A stretch of DNA of 64,000 nucleotides from Lachnospiraceae bacterium (GTDB taxonomy: Bacteria > Bacillota > Clostridia > Lachnospirales > Lachnospiraceae), in the NCBI GenBank assembly GCA_017416465.1, contig JAFQCK010000073.1, positions 38,398-102,397 of the forward strand, written 5' to 3'. The number at the start of each line of letters is the position of its first letter. Position 1 is the first letter of the stretch. The position numbers and the translations under genes were made by a program. This document shows, piece by piece, positions 52,801-63,362 of this stretch. The notes under the pieces were generated by a model. The model was given only the letters and a program-made list of their open reading frames with translations, was not told the DNA's origin and did not search any database.

Positions 52801-54083
52801 AAAACATCAAAAAACTTATAAGGATTCAGATTAAGCATAAAATAATAACCCTATTAATTTTTTCAATTATTTCGGGCATATTTTCTGTTTTTTCAGTAAT
52901 TAATTATCTGAAAGACCTAAAAAAATATGATGTTCAATTCATCACAAATTTAAGCGACAGTACATTAATTGTTTCATTACTTTTTATACCTTTTCTTTGT
53001 TTGTTAACAACCAATATACTATCAAACAAGGAAATTTCAATGTATCCTGGTACAATTAAAACTCGATTTACAAGCAGAATTATTACAGACCATATTTATA
53101 TTATTGCCTCATATTTTGTTATATTTACAATTAATATGATTCCAAATTTAATCTTAGTTTTTGCAAGATTATACGGATTCCCACTTAATTTATCAATGCT
53201 ATTTGATATAAAATACTTCCTTATAGGTTTCATCATATATGTTTCATTAAGTTTTATGATATATATGGCTTTTACTATACTAAATATGCTACTTTCACGA
53301 ATTCATTATCTTGTTACAATTGGAATATCCATGACAATTTTTATGTTATTCAAATACGAAGTATTTAATTTTGAAGAGTTTCATTATGCCATTACTTCTT
53401 TTTTCTTAAAACAAAATATAGAAGTTGCAACCCTAGTATTTCGAGCTTTGCTTGTTTGGATAATTTTACTTGTATTAGCATATTTACTCACATTTACAGT
53501 TAGAAAATGGCAAATGCCTTTACCTCAATCTAAAGTATTTACTATATATTTTATAGAATTCATTTTATTTATGATAATTTCTGTTTCTACAGAATTTGTA
53601 ATGTTTGATAATGGTGTTTCTTATGAAGAATTTTTAGAATCTGAAGATCCTAATAACGAAAAAAGTTTTTATATGGATATTCCGGAAAATTTTTCACCAG
53701 CTGATTTTAACTACCACACTAATTTTAGTGATTCAAAATATCAAGCTTACTCTGTAAACACTTTTGCAGTAGATTATGAAAAGGCTCTTAATAATAAATT
53801 AATTATAGATGACGTTGAAATTCCCGAAGGTCAAATGTATGTGAATATTTATACACCTACAATTTCCATTAATGGAAAAGAACTTGGGAATAATATAGTT
53901 AATTCAATTGATATAGATTTTACAAACAATACAATTGTGTATCCAAATAAAGATGAACTCTATGTTATTAATCACTTTTTGGGAAACCTATGCCTATTTG
54001 AAAAAAATTATTCCTCAGGTAGTGATTACATAAACCATGATGAAGATTTTTATATCTCAATTATGATAATATACAATGAATAA
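52785..54083 (+). CDS. Putative ABC transporter permease
   Basis: About 7 TM segments; follows the ATPase gene. Confidence 0.7.
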   Translation: MSVELKNIKKLIRIQIKHKIITLLIFSIISGIFSVFSVINYLKDLKKYDVQFITNLSDSTLIVSLLFIPFLCLLTTNILSNKEISMYPGTIKTRFTSRIITDHIYIIASYFVIFTINMIPNLILVFARLYGFPLNLSMLFDIKYFLIGFIIYVSLSFMIYMAFTILNMLLSRIHYLVTIGISMTIFMLFKYEVFNFEEFHYAITSFFLKQNIEVATLVFRALLVWIILLVLAYLLTFTVRKWQMPLPQSKVFTIYFIEFILFMIISVSTEFVMFDNGVSYEEFLESEDPNNEKSFYMDIPENFSPADFNYHTNFSDSKYQAYSVNTFAVDYEKALNNKLIIDDVEIPEGQMYVNIYTPTISINGKELGNNIVNSIDIDFTNNTIVYPNKDELYVINHFLGNLCLFEKNYSSGSDYINHDEDFYISIMIIYNE

Positions 54084-54954
54084 CTTTAGAAATTTCAACA
54101 AATTTTATGTTCTAAGAGGAGAAGTTGAAAATGAAAAAAAAATAATTATAATTTTAATTTCAGTAAGTATTATTTTTTTAACAGTTTTAATATCAGGTAT
54201 TATGTTAAGAACCGAGGTTGAAAAATTAAATAAAAACTTAGATAAAAAAATAGAAGACACAGGATATATCGAGATTAGCCATTTAGGTACTTCAAAAAAG
54301 GAAATAACAGATGCAAATATTATAAATGCGATTATTCAGGAACTTAATTCTATAGAAGTAAAAAAACGTCATCCATATAAAGAATTTATTTCTGATTGCA
54401 CTACATATTGGAGTTATCATAGTAAGTTAGCGTTTGACATAAAAGGTCGTGACGAAAAGGGTGGTAATGTATTATTTGATTTAACCATCCATTCAAATGA
54501 ATATATTGAATTAAATGGTGATGAGTATAGAGTAAAAAACGATACCTATATTTATGATATCTTGTATTGCTATAGTCATACCGGTTATCCGGTAGCTCTT
54601 CCTGATATTGCAGCAGATAGTATTTTAGAATTTAATCAGTATGGTGGCGTTGAATATACAGATACAGAATTTTTTATGAAATATGAAGAAATTCAAAATA
54701 GTGAATATATTTCTAACGAAGAGGGAGTTCAAAAAAGTAAATCTATTACTAAAGATGAATTTGAAATTAGTGACAGCTATATTAGTATTAAAACTACTAA
54801 TGAAGAATTTATTGATATGTATTTTGTAGGAAATAAAATATATTTAAGCTACAAAAAAGAAGAACTCGAAGACAAATGTTTCTCCAGAGTTAAAGAAAAA
54901 TATGGTGATATAATTTCTAACTGGGAAATCGAGCTCTATTATGTATATGAGTAG
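54076..54954 (+). CDS. Hypothetical membrane-anchored or secreted protein; start ambiguous because of an A9 tract
   Basis: Single N-terminal hydrophobic segment; the RBS-linked ATG at 54131 is out of frame. Confidence 0.65.
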   Translation: MNNFRNFNKFYVLRGEVENEKKIIIILISVSIIFLTVLISGIMLRTEVEKLNKNLDKKIEDTGYIEISHLGTSKKEITDANIINAIIQELNSIEVKKRHPYKEFISDCTTYWSYHSKLAFDIKGRDEKGGNVLFDLTIHSNEYIELNGDEYRVKNDTYIYDILYCYSHTGYPVALPDIAADSILEFNQYGGVEYTDTEFFMKYEEIQNSEYISNEEGVQKSKSITKDEFEISDSYISIKTTNEEFIDMYFVGNKIYLSYKKEELEDKCFSRVKEKYGDIISNWEIELYYVYE

Positions 54955-54983
54955 ATTGAATAAAACAGCTTGTATTAATTAAT

Positions 54984-55035
54984 GAAAAAACTTTTATGTA
55001 CTTTGCAAACTCTGTAAAATGCATAAAAGTTTTTT
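54984..55035. terminator. Bidirectional terminator
   Basis: Inverted repeat aaaaaacttttatg / cataaaagtttttt between convergent genes. Confidence 0.6.
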
Positions 55036-55039
55036 ATAT

Positions 55040-55657
55040 TTAAACCAATCTTTTTATCCCAACAGCCATCTGATACTGCTCCCTATGTCTTTTTATAACC
55101 AATTCTTTATCATATCCAATTGTTCCATGATTATGCCAAGGGTCATTAAAATATAGCTTATCTTCATCATATCCAACCAACAACATGCAATGTTCATTAG
55201 ATATCCATGTAAAGATTTCCCCGTTTTCAAAAAGCTTCCATTCAGGTCCTACAATAGTTGGTTTTAAATCTATACTTGTCCAATAAACCACAGGTATATC
55301 CTTATCAATATACTCATTTAATATAAACTGAGTATCATAACCTGTAAGGTTAATTGCTTCATAATTTAATTGTTTGTCCTTAAAAATTTTATTAAGAGTA
55401 TTTTCAATCACCGGTGCATAGCAACCAAACGATTCTGTATCTCTTGGATTCCCAGCGAATTCCTTATTAGGATTAGCACCATACAATTCACCATCAACTT
55501 CTTTAAAGTCACACTTTGGTAAATATATATCCACAAATTCTTCCATATCTATCCGGATACCTAAATATTTAAGAAGCATTACCGTTGAAACACTTTCACA
55601 GCCTGTTGGCCAATCCTTAGTTTGATCTATATATGGAACATTAATTAGTTTTTTCAT
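55040..55657 (-). CDS. Peptidase C39-like family protein
   Basis: NVPYIDQ...PTGCE, EHCMLLVGYD and YFNDPW motifs. Confidence 0.88.
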   Translation of the reverse strand: MKKLINVPYIDQTKDWPTGCESVSTVMLLKYLGIRIDMEEFVDIYLPKCDFKEVDGELYGANPNKEFAGNPRDTESFGCYAPVIENTLNKIFKDKQLNYEAINLTGYDTQFILNEYIDKDIPVVYWTSIDLKPTIVGPEWKLFENGEIFTWISNEHCMLLVGYDEDKLYFNDPWHNHGTIGYDKELVIKRHREQYQMAVGIKRLV

Positions 55658-55888
55658 GGTTTTTCCTTTCTATGCATTTAATACAAAGCTCTCTTTATAA
55701 CGTTTGCTGAACTTGAAAAGCCTGATTATAAGGGATTTGTTAGTAGGAGTGTTGCATACTTGTTTTATGCTGAGGACTGCTGAATGCTATCCAATATTAC
55801 TAGACAATACCCATAAGTTCTGCATATAATTTATATAATGCTCCTTAGCTTTTGTTTCATTTTACATTACAAATGCAGTTTATGTCAC

Positions 55889-56293
55889 TTAACAAATTAA
55901 ATTATCTATCACATTTTCCAATTCACTTAAAACTCCTTTATAAGAATCATAAGGAGCGCCATTTAATACAATCCTTTTTTCTTTATCATCAATTTCAGAA
56001 ATCTTATTTGTTAGCTTAACCGGAGGTATTCCACTCCCTTCTTCATTAATTAATTCATAACAAAACACCATATACCCATCAACACGATTTAGTGTTATAT
56101 TTTTTATTGTATAATCCCCCCTATGGATGAATGTATCAAGCAAACGTGACACAAACTCAAAACACTCACAACATTTTTCATCAAACAGTGGTTCTTCGCA
56201 TCCATAATTTAAACCATCTATTTCTATTAAAAAATTCGTTATCGCATTTTTATTTTTCCATTTATCCCTATGATGTTTTGGCAACTCTATCAT
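55889..56293 (-). CDS. Hypothetical protein
   Basis: 134-aa ORF with GGAG RBS; a decayed copy of its 5' part lies at about 57800-57965. Confidence 0.6.
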   Translation of the reverse strand: MIELPKHHRDKWKNKNAITNFLIEIDGLNYGCEEPLFDEKCCECFEFVSRLLDTFIHRGDYTIKNITLNRVDGYMVFCYELINEEGSGIPPVKLTNKISEIDDKEKRIVLNGAPYDSYKGVLSELENVIDNLIC

Positions 56294-56307
56294 ACATTTT
56301 CTCCAAT

Positions 56308-56685
56308 CTAAATTTGATGTCTATAGTGCCTTGATCCATCAACTACGATTCTAATACCATTAATATCTTGTAATTCAAACTCTTCAATCACTTTATTAAT
56401 CACTATATCGTTATTAATATCAGGATTTAAAAACACCGTAATTTTATTTTTATTTATCTCGACTCTACCTCTAGGATAATAATTATATTCTTTCCCTTTG
56501 GTAATTATTTTATCTAATTTTCCCCATTCAATTTTATGATTAAAGTTCATACCGGATTTTGAAGTATATTCAACATTAGTCAATGCATTTCCGCCAACAT
56601 CACATTCAACCGTTTTTGTAATTAATGTTGTTTTATCACTATTAGATTCAACACACCAGAACAATCCTTTTTTCACCAAAATCAC
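56308..56685 (-). CDS. Hypothetical protein (YNYYPRGRV motif)
   Basis: 125-aa ORF overlapping the upstream ORF stop. Confidence 0.6.
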   Translation of the reverse strand: MILVKKGLFWCVESNSDKTTLITKTVECDVGGNALTNVEYTSKSGMNFNHKIEWGKLDKIITKGKEYNYYPRGRVEINKNKITVFLNPDINNDIVINKVIEEFELQDINGIRIVVDGSRHYRHQI

Positions 56686-57745
56686 CTTCCTATTTTATTT
56701 TCAAACATCTTATACATCATTTTTACTCTAGAAGTACAACCGCCTATAGTCCATAACTGATTAACCTTATCAAAATAATCAATGACATCTTGAGGCAATT
56801 CATATCCTAATAAAATTTTTTCATATTCTTTTCGTTTTTGTCCTTGACTCCAAACTCCATTTTTTACAATATCTAATGCTATTTCTCTTTGTACACCATG
56901 CTTTATTAGTGTATTAAAGAACTCATCTCGAGTGGTATAAAAATTATTATTATAAATATCTTTCACTGCTTTATTGCCTTGAAAAGATCCATGAATATAA
57001 GCATATATTTTAACCAAGAGATTAAAGTCACATTTATTAATTCTTTTCAAATCAACTATAAAATCTTTAAGATCAGCATATTCCCCTTCTGTAATCGAAT
57101 CATTTTTTACATTCAATTCGTCTGCCATAAAATTCAGCACTCTACAACATATAGAATTATCTAAATTTTCACAATCTATATCCATATATTTTTCAATCTG
57201 TTCATATATTTGTTAATTAAAAACATTTATATGATAATACATAAATTCATCTGATTCGATATCAGAATATTAATCATTCAATATTCTTCCAATTGATAAT
57301 CTTACCTGCTGTGATATTCTAATGGAGAAATCTGGTTTTCGGGTGGATTTAGAGTTACCCCATACGCAATCAGGATACATAGAAAATTCATACTCAATAG
57401 GATTATTATTAACTATTCCTAATAAATAAGCAATTATTGAATAGTGTATATTTCCCTCTACTATTATTGGATAATGATGTACATCTGATAATTCTGCTAT
57501 ATCCTTTAATAAAAGAAAATGATAGACCGTATTCGTTTTGGTCATACATTCTAATTCCTTCTCCAATAGATTTAGCATTTCATCTGTTTCACAATTCAAT
57601 TCTTTTAATTTATGTAAGCAACTATCTGCCACTTCAGCAATCTAGATAGCGTTTTCTCTTGGGGCACTAAAAAACAAATCTCCAAAAGTTAAACTATCTA
57701 TTCTATCGTTAATTTTTATTTTTATAAAAACAGGTCCTATTCATT
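56682..57745 (-). pseudogene. Degenerate PolC (DNA polymerase III alpha) catalytic-region-like gene
   Basis: ORFs 57270-57632 and 56682-57185 are in one frame, separated by TAA stops (57270-57272, 57213-57215); a TAG lies at 57642-57644. Motifs SIIAYLLGI..NP, KPDFSI, HG, TRDEFF..LIKHG and LPQDVIDYFDKV resemble PolC. Confidence 0.55.
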
Positions 57746-57799
57746 ATCCAATAATTTTGAAGTTTATTAATCATTCCTGTCAATATCATTATACTAAAA

Positions 57800-58040
57800 T
57801 ATAAAGCATATCGTGATACAAACGCAAAACATTCACAACATTTTTCAGCGAATAATAGTTCTCACATCCATAATTTAGTCCGTCTATTTATAATAAAAAG
57901 TCTGTTATCACTTCTTTATTTCTCCATTCATCTCTATGATGTTTTGGGAATTCTAATATACATTTCTCCAATCAAATTTTAATATCTATAATGATTTGAT
58001 CCATCGATTACAATTTTAATACTATTAATCCATTGTATTT
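57800..58040 (-). pseudogene. Decayed duplicate of the junction between the 56308 and 55889 genes
   Basis: Colinear similarity to about 56135-56375 (cacaacatttttca, catccataattta, ctatgatgttttgg, ttctccaatc, ttgatccatc) with indels. Confidence 0.65.
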
Positions 58041-58045
58041 GCTAA

Positions 58046-59458
58046 TTAATGCGAACTACCTCTTGAACACTCATTCCATAACGGACAAAACAAACTGCAC
58101 GACCTCCTAAAATTGCCAACTTTTTTTCCTTCTATACACCCATGACTTCCAATTAGGTCAGGTTTTGCTCGCTTACCTGAATTTCTTTTATTACTATTTT
58201 CTGCACACTCACGAATGAGTGAACTAATAAATCCTCCACGATTAGATTGATACTGCTCTGGCTCATAATAATCATCATATTCATAATGATGTACTGTTTC
58301 CACACTATCTTCTCTTAATCTTTTATCAAATTCTATTGAATCTACAAATTCTTTACCTTTTTTTAATCCCCACCCTGTTTCCTTTATTACATATTTAATT
58401 GCTACAATTTTTTCATTAGGAGAAAAATTATTTTTTATGTATTTCTCCATTTCTCTTCGCTTCAAAGCAGTAACATATACTTCCTGTACTTCAGTCTTTT
58501 TTTCTGCTTCATAATTTACATCTTCACATATCTGATTATCGGAATCTTTTATCTTACATCCACATTTTGTGCAAAATTTTCCTCCATCCACTAATTTGCT
58601 TCCACAATTATAACAATACATATCTCCCTTTCTAGCTTCTTGCCTTTGTAATTTCTCTTGTTTTTTCCTATTTTTCTCTCTAATAAACTCTAATGCTTTA
58701 TCATATGTACATTCTTTCTCATTAATCATATTATAAATTTCTTTATAGGTAGTATTTAGATCTTTTATGTCAAACAAACTATTATATCCATTCCAAGCCA
58801 CATCAATATCACTTAGCCTAGGGTCTTGCTCATTTATTTCAACTAATAATTCCTTCATTTCCTCTAGTTTAGATAATCTTTTTACAACCTCATCCTTTAA
58901 GCCTTTTATCAAATCAAGCTCTATTTCTTTATACCTCTCATGGTATATAATGCAATTTTCCCCTTTAATACGAAATTGTGAAACATACATTGTTTTATCA
59001 GCCGTTACACCTACCGTTGACTTTGTAGCATCACCACGCTTATGCCCATCGATAGAAAACTTAAATTGTAGCCATTCTTTGTCTTTTAATTCAACCTCAC
59101 AATTTCTTTCATTTGCTAATATTTCATTTACATAATCTTCAAAATCAGATATTTCCTCTATATCTGGCGAGATAATAATAGCATAATAGTAAAGCGTAAT
59201 TGGCATCATTTGAGCATAATTCATTTTACTAGGAATTGTTTCTTCGCCCCTTCTAATATAATAATCATCAACTATTTTTTCTGTTATATAATCATATGCA
59301 ATACAATTTAATATAATTAAACTCTTACCCTCATTTACTATTTTAAATGATTTATTCATTTCATCAATCGTTCTATTCAACACAACTTCTGCATTGTACT
59401 TATTAGGAAAATGTTTAATAAATTCATCATACATTACCATTGCATAGTCTGGTCTCAT
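58046..59458 (-). CDS. Hypothetical multidomain protein: zinc ribbon, L7/L12 C-terminal-like segment, C-terminal Cys cluster
   Basis: CYNCG...FCTKCG; KIVAIKYVIKETGWGLKKGKEFVD; C-terminal C-x11-C-x3-C-x5-C. Confidence 0.7.
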   Translation of the reverse strand: MRPDYAMVMYDEFIKHFPNKYNAEVVLNRTIDEMNKSFKIVNEGKSLIILNCIAYDYITEKIVDDYYIRRGEETIPSKMNYAQMMPITLYYYAIIISPDIEEISDFEDYVNEILANERNCEVELKDKEWLQFKFSIDGHKRGDATKSTVGVTADKTMYVSQFRIKGENCIIYHERYKEIELDLIKGLKDEVVKRLSKLEEMKELLVEINEQDPRLSDIDVAWNGYNSLFDIKDLNTTYKEIYNMINEKECTYDKALEFIREKNRKKQEKLQRQEARKGDMYCYNCGSKLVDGGKFCTKCGCKIKDSDNQICEDVNYEAEKKTEVQEVYVTALKRREMEKYIKNNFSPNEKIVAIKYVIKETGWGLKKGKEFVDSIEFDKRLREDSVETVHHYEYDDYYEPEQYQSNRGGFISSLIRECAENSNKRNSGKRAKPDLIGSHGCIEGKKVGNFRRSCSLFCPLWNECSRGSSH

Positions 59459-60218
59459 ATTTTTCTTCTCCTTTTTCCTTATTTAATATCTGTCTGATTC
59501 TTTCGAATAATTCTTGTTTGCTACTATTTACATCAACTTTTTCCTCGGAAATACTTTTCAGAAAATCTTCCGCTGCAAGTATCAGTGACATTTCTTTCCA
59601 GTTTAGAAAATCTAGCTCTAGCGGAGTCCTATTCTCTTTCTCACTTATGGTTTTTATCACTTTTTGATAAAAACCATAAGTGTATTTACCATCCTTATCT
59701 ACATCCTCTGCCCCATCTGTTATTTTACTCCATGCTCCAACAGATTTCTTTTCAACCGATTCGCTATTTCTTCTTAGCCACTCTAACATAATTCTATCTA
59801 ATGGCATATGACATGGTTTAAATTTATTTAAATAGTATTCTTTATCGATTTCATTATCAAAATTGATAAGACAATATAAGTATTTAAATGCCATATTCAC
59901 AATTTTTTGTGCCTGACCAAATGTCATCTTTTGATCATCAATAAGAATTTTACAATATTTTTCTAATTCAAATTGTTTATCCTTATTATTCAAATAACTC
60001 ATAATCTCCTCAGACAATTTAGTAATACGCTTATCTGCATTCTTTTCTAGCTTATTATTGGTAAATGTTCTACATGCATCCAAATACCCTGAATATATAG
60101 CATTATAATAAACACTTAGAGTTGTATTATTATTTAACTCGCCTTTAAGATTCTCTTTAAACTCACCTTTTTTAATAACATTCTTAAATTCTTCTACATA
60201 TTTATAATCTATACTCAT
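59427..60218 (-). CDS. Hypothetical protein, possibly helical DNA-glycosylase-like
   Basis: TFGQAQKIVNMAFKY...HMPLDRIML...WSKI...PLELDFLNW; AGGAGG RBS. Confidence 0.65.
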   Translation of the reverse strand: MSIDYKYVEEFKNVIKKGEFKENLKGELNNNTTLSVYYNAIYSGYLDACRTFTNNKLEKNADKRITKLSEEIMSYLNNKDKQFELEKYCKILIDDQKMTFGQAQKIVNMAFKYLYCLINFDNEIDKEYYLNKFKPCHMPLDRIMLEWLRRNSESVEKKSVGAWSKITDGAEDVDKDGKYTYGFYQKVIKTISEKENRTPLELDFLNWKEMSLILAAEDFLKSISEEKVDVNSSKQELFERIRQILNKEKGEEKYETRLCNGNV

Positions 60219-60229
60219 GCTCGTCCTCC

Positions 60230-60427
60230 TTAAGATTCAATCATCACAAAATCAATTATAACTTTATCAAACACCTCAAGATTCCCACTGAATGCATGAT
60301 CGATATTTTCCATTATGGACCACTTACAATACTGACAATCTATTGTACCGAGTTTTTCAGTATATTTAGCCGATGGATCTTTAGAACCATTTAACATTAT
60401 TACTTCATCACTGTAACTACCGATAAC
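60230..60427 (-). pseudogene. C-terminal fragment of an alpha/beta hydrolase
   Basis: Hand translation: VIGSYSDEVIMLNGSKDPSAKY...IMENIDHAFSGNLEVFDKVIIDFV*. GxxD and DHxF motifs are present; the N-terminal part is missing. Confidence 0.45.
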
Positions 60428-60676
60428 TTAGTGCACTTAAAAGTCCCCTTATATATCCCATAACCACGATTATAATATATCTACTTATACTCTATAATTT
60501 TCAATTACATGATAGGGTATAGTAGCATTTACAATAAGTTCTGAATAAATACAAAACCACAAAATAATTCTACCATATTCAGCATAATTTCTCTACTATA
60601 AAACTTAATAACTCAATGCAGGAACCTGCGTATGAGTTATTAATGGGGTTATATTAATATAGTTTTTCACAATTTA

Positions 60677-62179
60677 CTACGCTTTTTTACTAACAGTTTT
60701 CTTAATTACAAATAATACGCCAACTAAAATAACAGCCGATATTAACAATGGAGCAACAAAGTTCTTACAAGCACCTGCAATTATATATCCTACAACACAG
60801 ATAGCTGCAACTATCAAAGCATACTGCATCTGTGTCTGAACGTGGTTAATATGGTTACTTTGAGCCCCCGATGATGACATAATAGTTGTATCGGAAATTG
60901 GAGAAATATGGTCTCCACAAACTGCTCCCGCAAGTACTGCTGAAACTGCTATAATCATCATCTCTTCATCTGTTGCTGCAAACATTGATACTACAATTGG
61001 CACTAATATAGCAAATGTTCCCCAAGATGTTCCTGTCGAGAAAGCTAAGAATAATGCAATTAAAAACATAATTGCCGGTATAAAAATACTTGCTTTTGCA
61101 TTACCGCTTACAACAGAATTAACAAATTCAGAAATGCCTAAATTGTCGCCCATACCTTTTAAAGTCCATGCAAATGTAAGAATAAGAATTGCAGGAACCA
61201 TTAACTTTGCACCTTCTGCTAAGGAATCCATAAAGCTTTTAAATGTAATTACTTTTCTTGGTAAATATAAAACTGCCATAAATATAACCGTAACTAAAGT
61301 AGCAAATATAAGACTCATTTCTGCATTACAATTAGCAAACGCATCTACAACATTCTTACCTCCGTCTTTATATCCTGTATAAATCATTGCTCCAACTGCT
61401 GAACCAATTAATACTAATACAGGTAATACAAGATCAATTACTTTACCATTCTTATTAACATTCTTGGTTTCTTCATCCTGCAATGCCTTAAACTCTTCAG
61501 CACCGGAAGTAAATAAATCACCTTTCTTTGCATTATCTTCATGCTTTTTCATCAAACCAAAATCCAAATTCCAGGCAATTACAATAGCTACCATTAAAAG
61601 TGTTAATAATGCATATAAGTTATATGGAATTGTTCTTAAAAACAACTGAAATCCTGTAAGCGAACTGTCCTCCGGCACATATGAATTAACTGCTGCCGCC
61701 CAGCTTGATATTGGTGCAATAATACATACAGGTGCTGCTGTTGCATCAATAATATATGCAAGCTTTGCTCTTGAAACTTTAAACTTATCAGTTACCGGAC
61801 GCATTACTGAACCAACTGTAAGACAGTTAAAATAATCATCTACAAATATAATTACTCCAAGTCCCATCGTTGCAAATAAAGATTTTTTCTTAGAATTAAT
61901 CTTCTTTGTTGCCCAGTTACCATATGCATATGAACCACCTGAACGTGTCATAAGCACAATTATCATTCCTAAAAGTACATCAAAAATAATAATGTTTAAA
62001 TTGATATTTTCTGTCATAGTAGAAAATAGCATTTCAAAACTTCCCCAAACCTGAAAATCCGTTACAAATAACGCTCCAAGTAAAACTCCACAAAACAATG
62101 AAATGTACACCTCTTTAGTTATAAGCGCCAATAAAATAGCTATTATCGGCGGAACTAAAGACCACCAAGTTCCATACAT
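60677..62179 (-). CDS. NhaC-family Na+/H+ antiporter-like transporter
   Basis: IFVDDYFNCL, DATAAP, TGTSWGTF and GDHISPISDTT motifs. Confidence 0.9.
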   Translation of the reverse strand: MYGTWWSLVPPIIAILLALITKEVYISLFCGVLLGALFVTDFQVWGSFEMLFSTMTENINLNIIIFDVLLGMIIVLMTRSGGSYAYGNWATKKINSKKKSLFATMGLGVIIFVDDYFNCLTVGSVMRPVTDKFKVSRAKLAYIIDATAAPVCIIAPISSWAAAVNSYVPEDSSLTGFQLFLRTIPYNLYALLTLLMVAIVIAWNLDFGLMKKHEDNAKKGDLFTSGAEEFKALQDEETKNVNKNGKVIDLVLPVLVLIGSAVGAMIYTGYKDGGKNVVDAFANCNAEMSLIFATLVTVIFMAVLYLPRKVITFKSFMDSLAEGAKLMVPAILILTFAWTLKGMGDNLGISEFVNSVVSGNAKASIFIPAIMFLIALFLAFSTGTSWGTFAILVPIVVSMFAATDEEMMIIAVSAVLAGAVCGDHISPISDTTIMSSSGAQSNHINHVQTQMQYALIVAAICVVGYIIAGACKNFVAPLLISAVILVGVLFVIKKTVSKKA

Positions 62180-62283
62180 AACCTTCCTCCATTCGTAAAC
62201 TTTTATTATTTATTGCATAATATCAATAATTCTACATACATCCATGACTAAAAATATTAATATCATTATTTTTGTTTTTTAAT

Positions 62284-63048
62284 TTAAACAAAATCAACTA
62301 CTTTTGTAGTCTGCATATGTTCAACAATAACATGATAGTCGCCAGGGTCTTCAGGATTAATAAGCACATCAATCGATGCTCCTTTATAATAAAATCCTGA
62401 TGGATCGTCAAATAAAACATCACTCTTATATCTGTACATAATATTATCCACTTCATCATTATATACACAAATTATTCTATATGCTATATTTCCATTTGCA
62501 GACGCCTGCTCGTCTACTCTTACTTCTTCTACCGTAGCACTTACTCTTACTCCCTTCTTCTCCAATTTCTTTTTACCATCTTTGGAATTTTTCGACACGC
62601 ACGCCATAACAATCAAAAGAATTATTGCCACAAGCGAAAAAACCCCGCCCAAAATAAACAGTATAATCGAAGGAAGCATATGACTTCCTTCATAAGTTAT
62701 TTTTTCAGGATTATCAGGGTCACAAAGGATATCTATCTCCTTTCCTTCATACATGCTGCTACTATACATATTAAAAGGTTTCTTTCCATATGTAACACCG
62801 TCATAGGTATAATCCACAAACACTTCATAATCCGTATCACCATCGGAATCCCTATCAACAACAATCTCTGAAATTACTGCTTTAATCTTTACATAGTCAT
62901 CTGTTTTTTCACCAAACTTTAAGAAAAAAAAGCCCATTACAATTTGACCAATTCCTATTAACAAAAATATCGAACCTAGGATTATAAATACTAGTATACC
63001 TGCTTTTCCTGCTTTGTCTGATTTCGAACTATCAATATTAATTCTCAT
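62284..63048 (-). CDS. DUF3592-like membrane protein
   Basis: TM, beta domain (VDYTYDG...DPDNP), TM, second beta domain (INPEDP). Confidence 0.65.
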   Translation of the reverse strand: MRINIDSSKSDKAGKAGILVFIILGSIFLLIGIGQIVMGFFFLKFGEKTDDYVKIKAVISEIVVDRDSDGDTDYEVFVDYTYDGVTYGKKPFNMYSSSMYEGKEIDILCDPDNPEKITYEGSHMLPSIILFILGGVFSLVAIILLIVMACVSKNSKDGKKKLEKKGVRVSATVEEVRVDEQASANGNIAYRIICVYNDEVDNIMYRYKSDVLFDDPSGFYYKGASIDVLINPEDPGDYHVIVEHMQTTKVVDFV

Positions 63049-63362
63049 ATTTTCATCCTTTCATTTTATTTTTATAATTATATCAAACATTTATATATAT
63101 AGCTAGTTTTTTACTATGTTTATATTTCAAAAAGTTTGCATTCTACATATTACCTATGCTATAATAGTTAGGTAATTTCAACAATTTTTTATTTAAATTT
63201 ATAATTTTTATGTTAATATTCAATAATTATTTATTTTATACTATTGATAATATTTATTATCAAAAATTAAATAAAAATTTTATGCAATTTTGTTATATGT
63301 AAACGTAATAAATAAAGAGAAAGGAAAAGTACAGATTAATATAAATTTGTATTAAAAACTTT

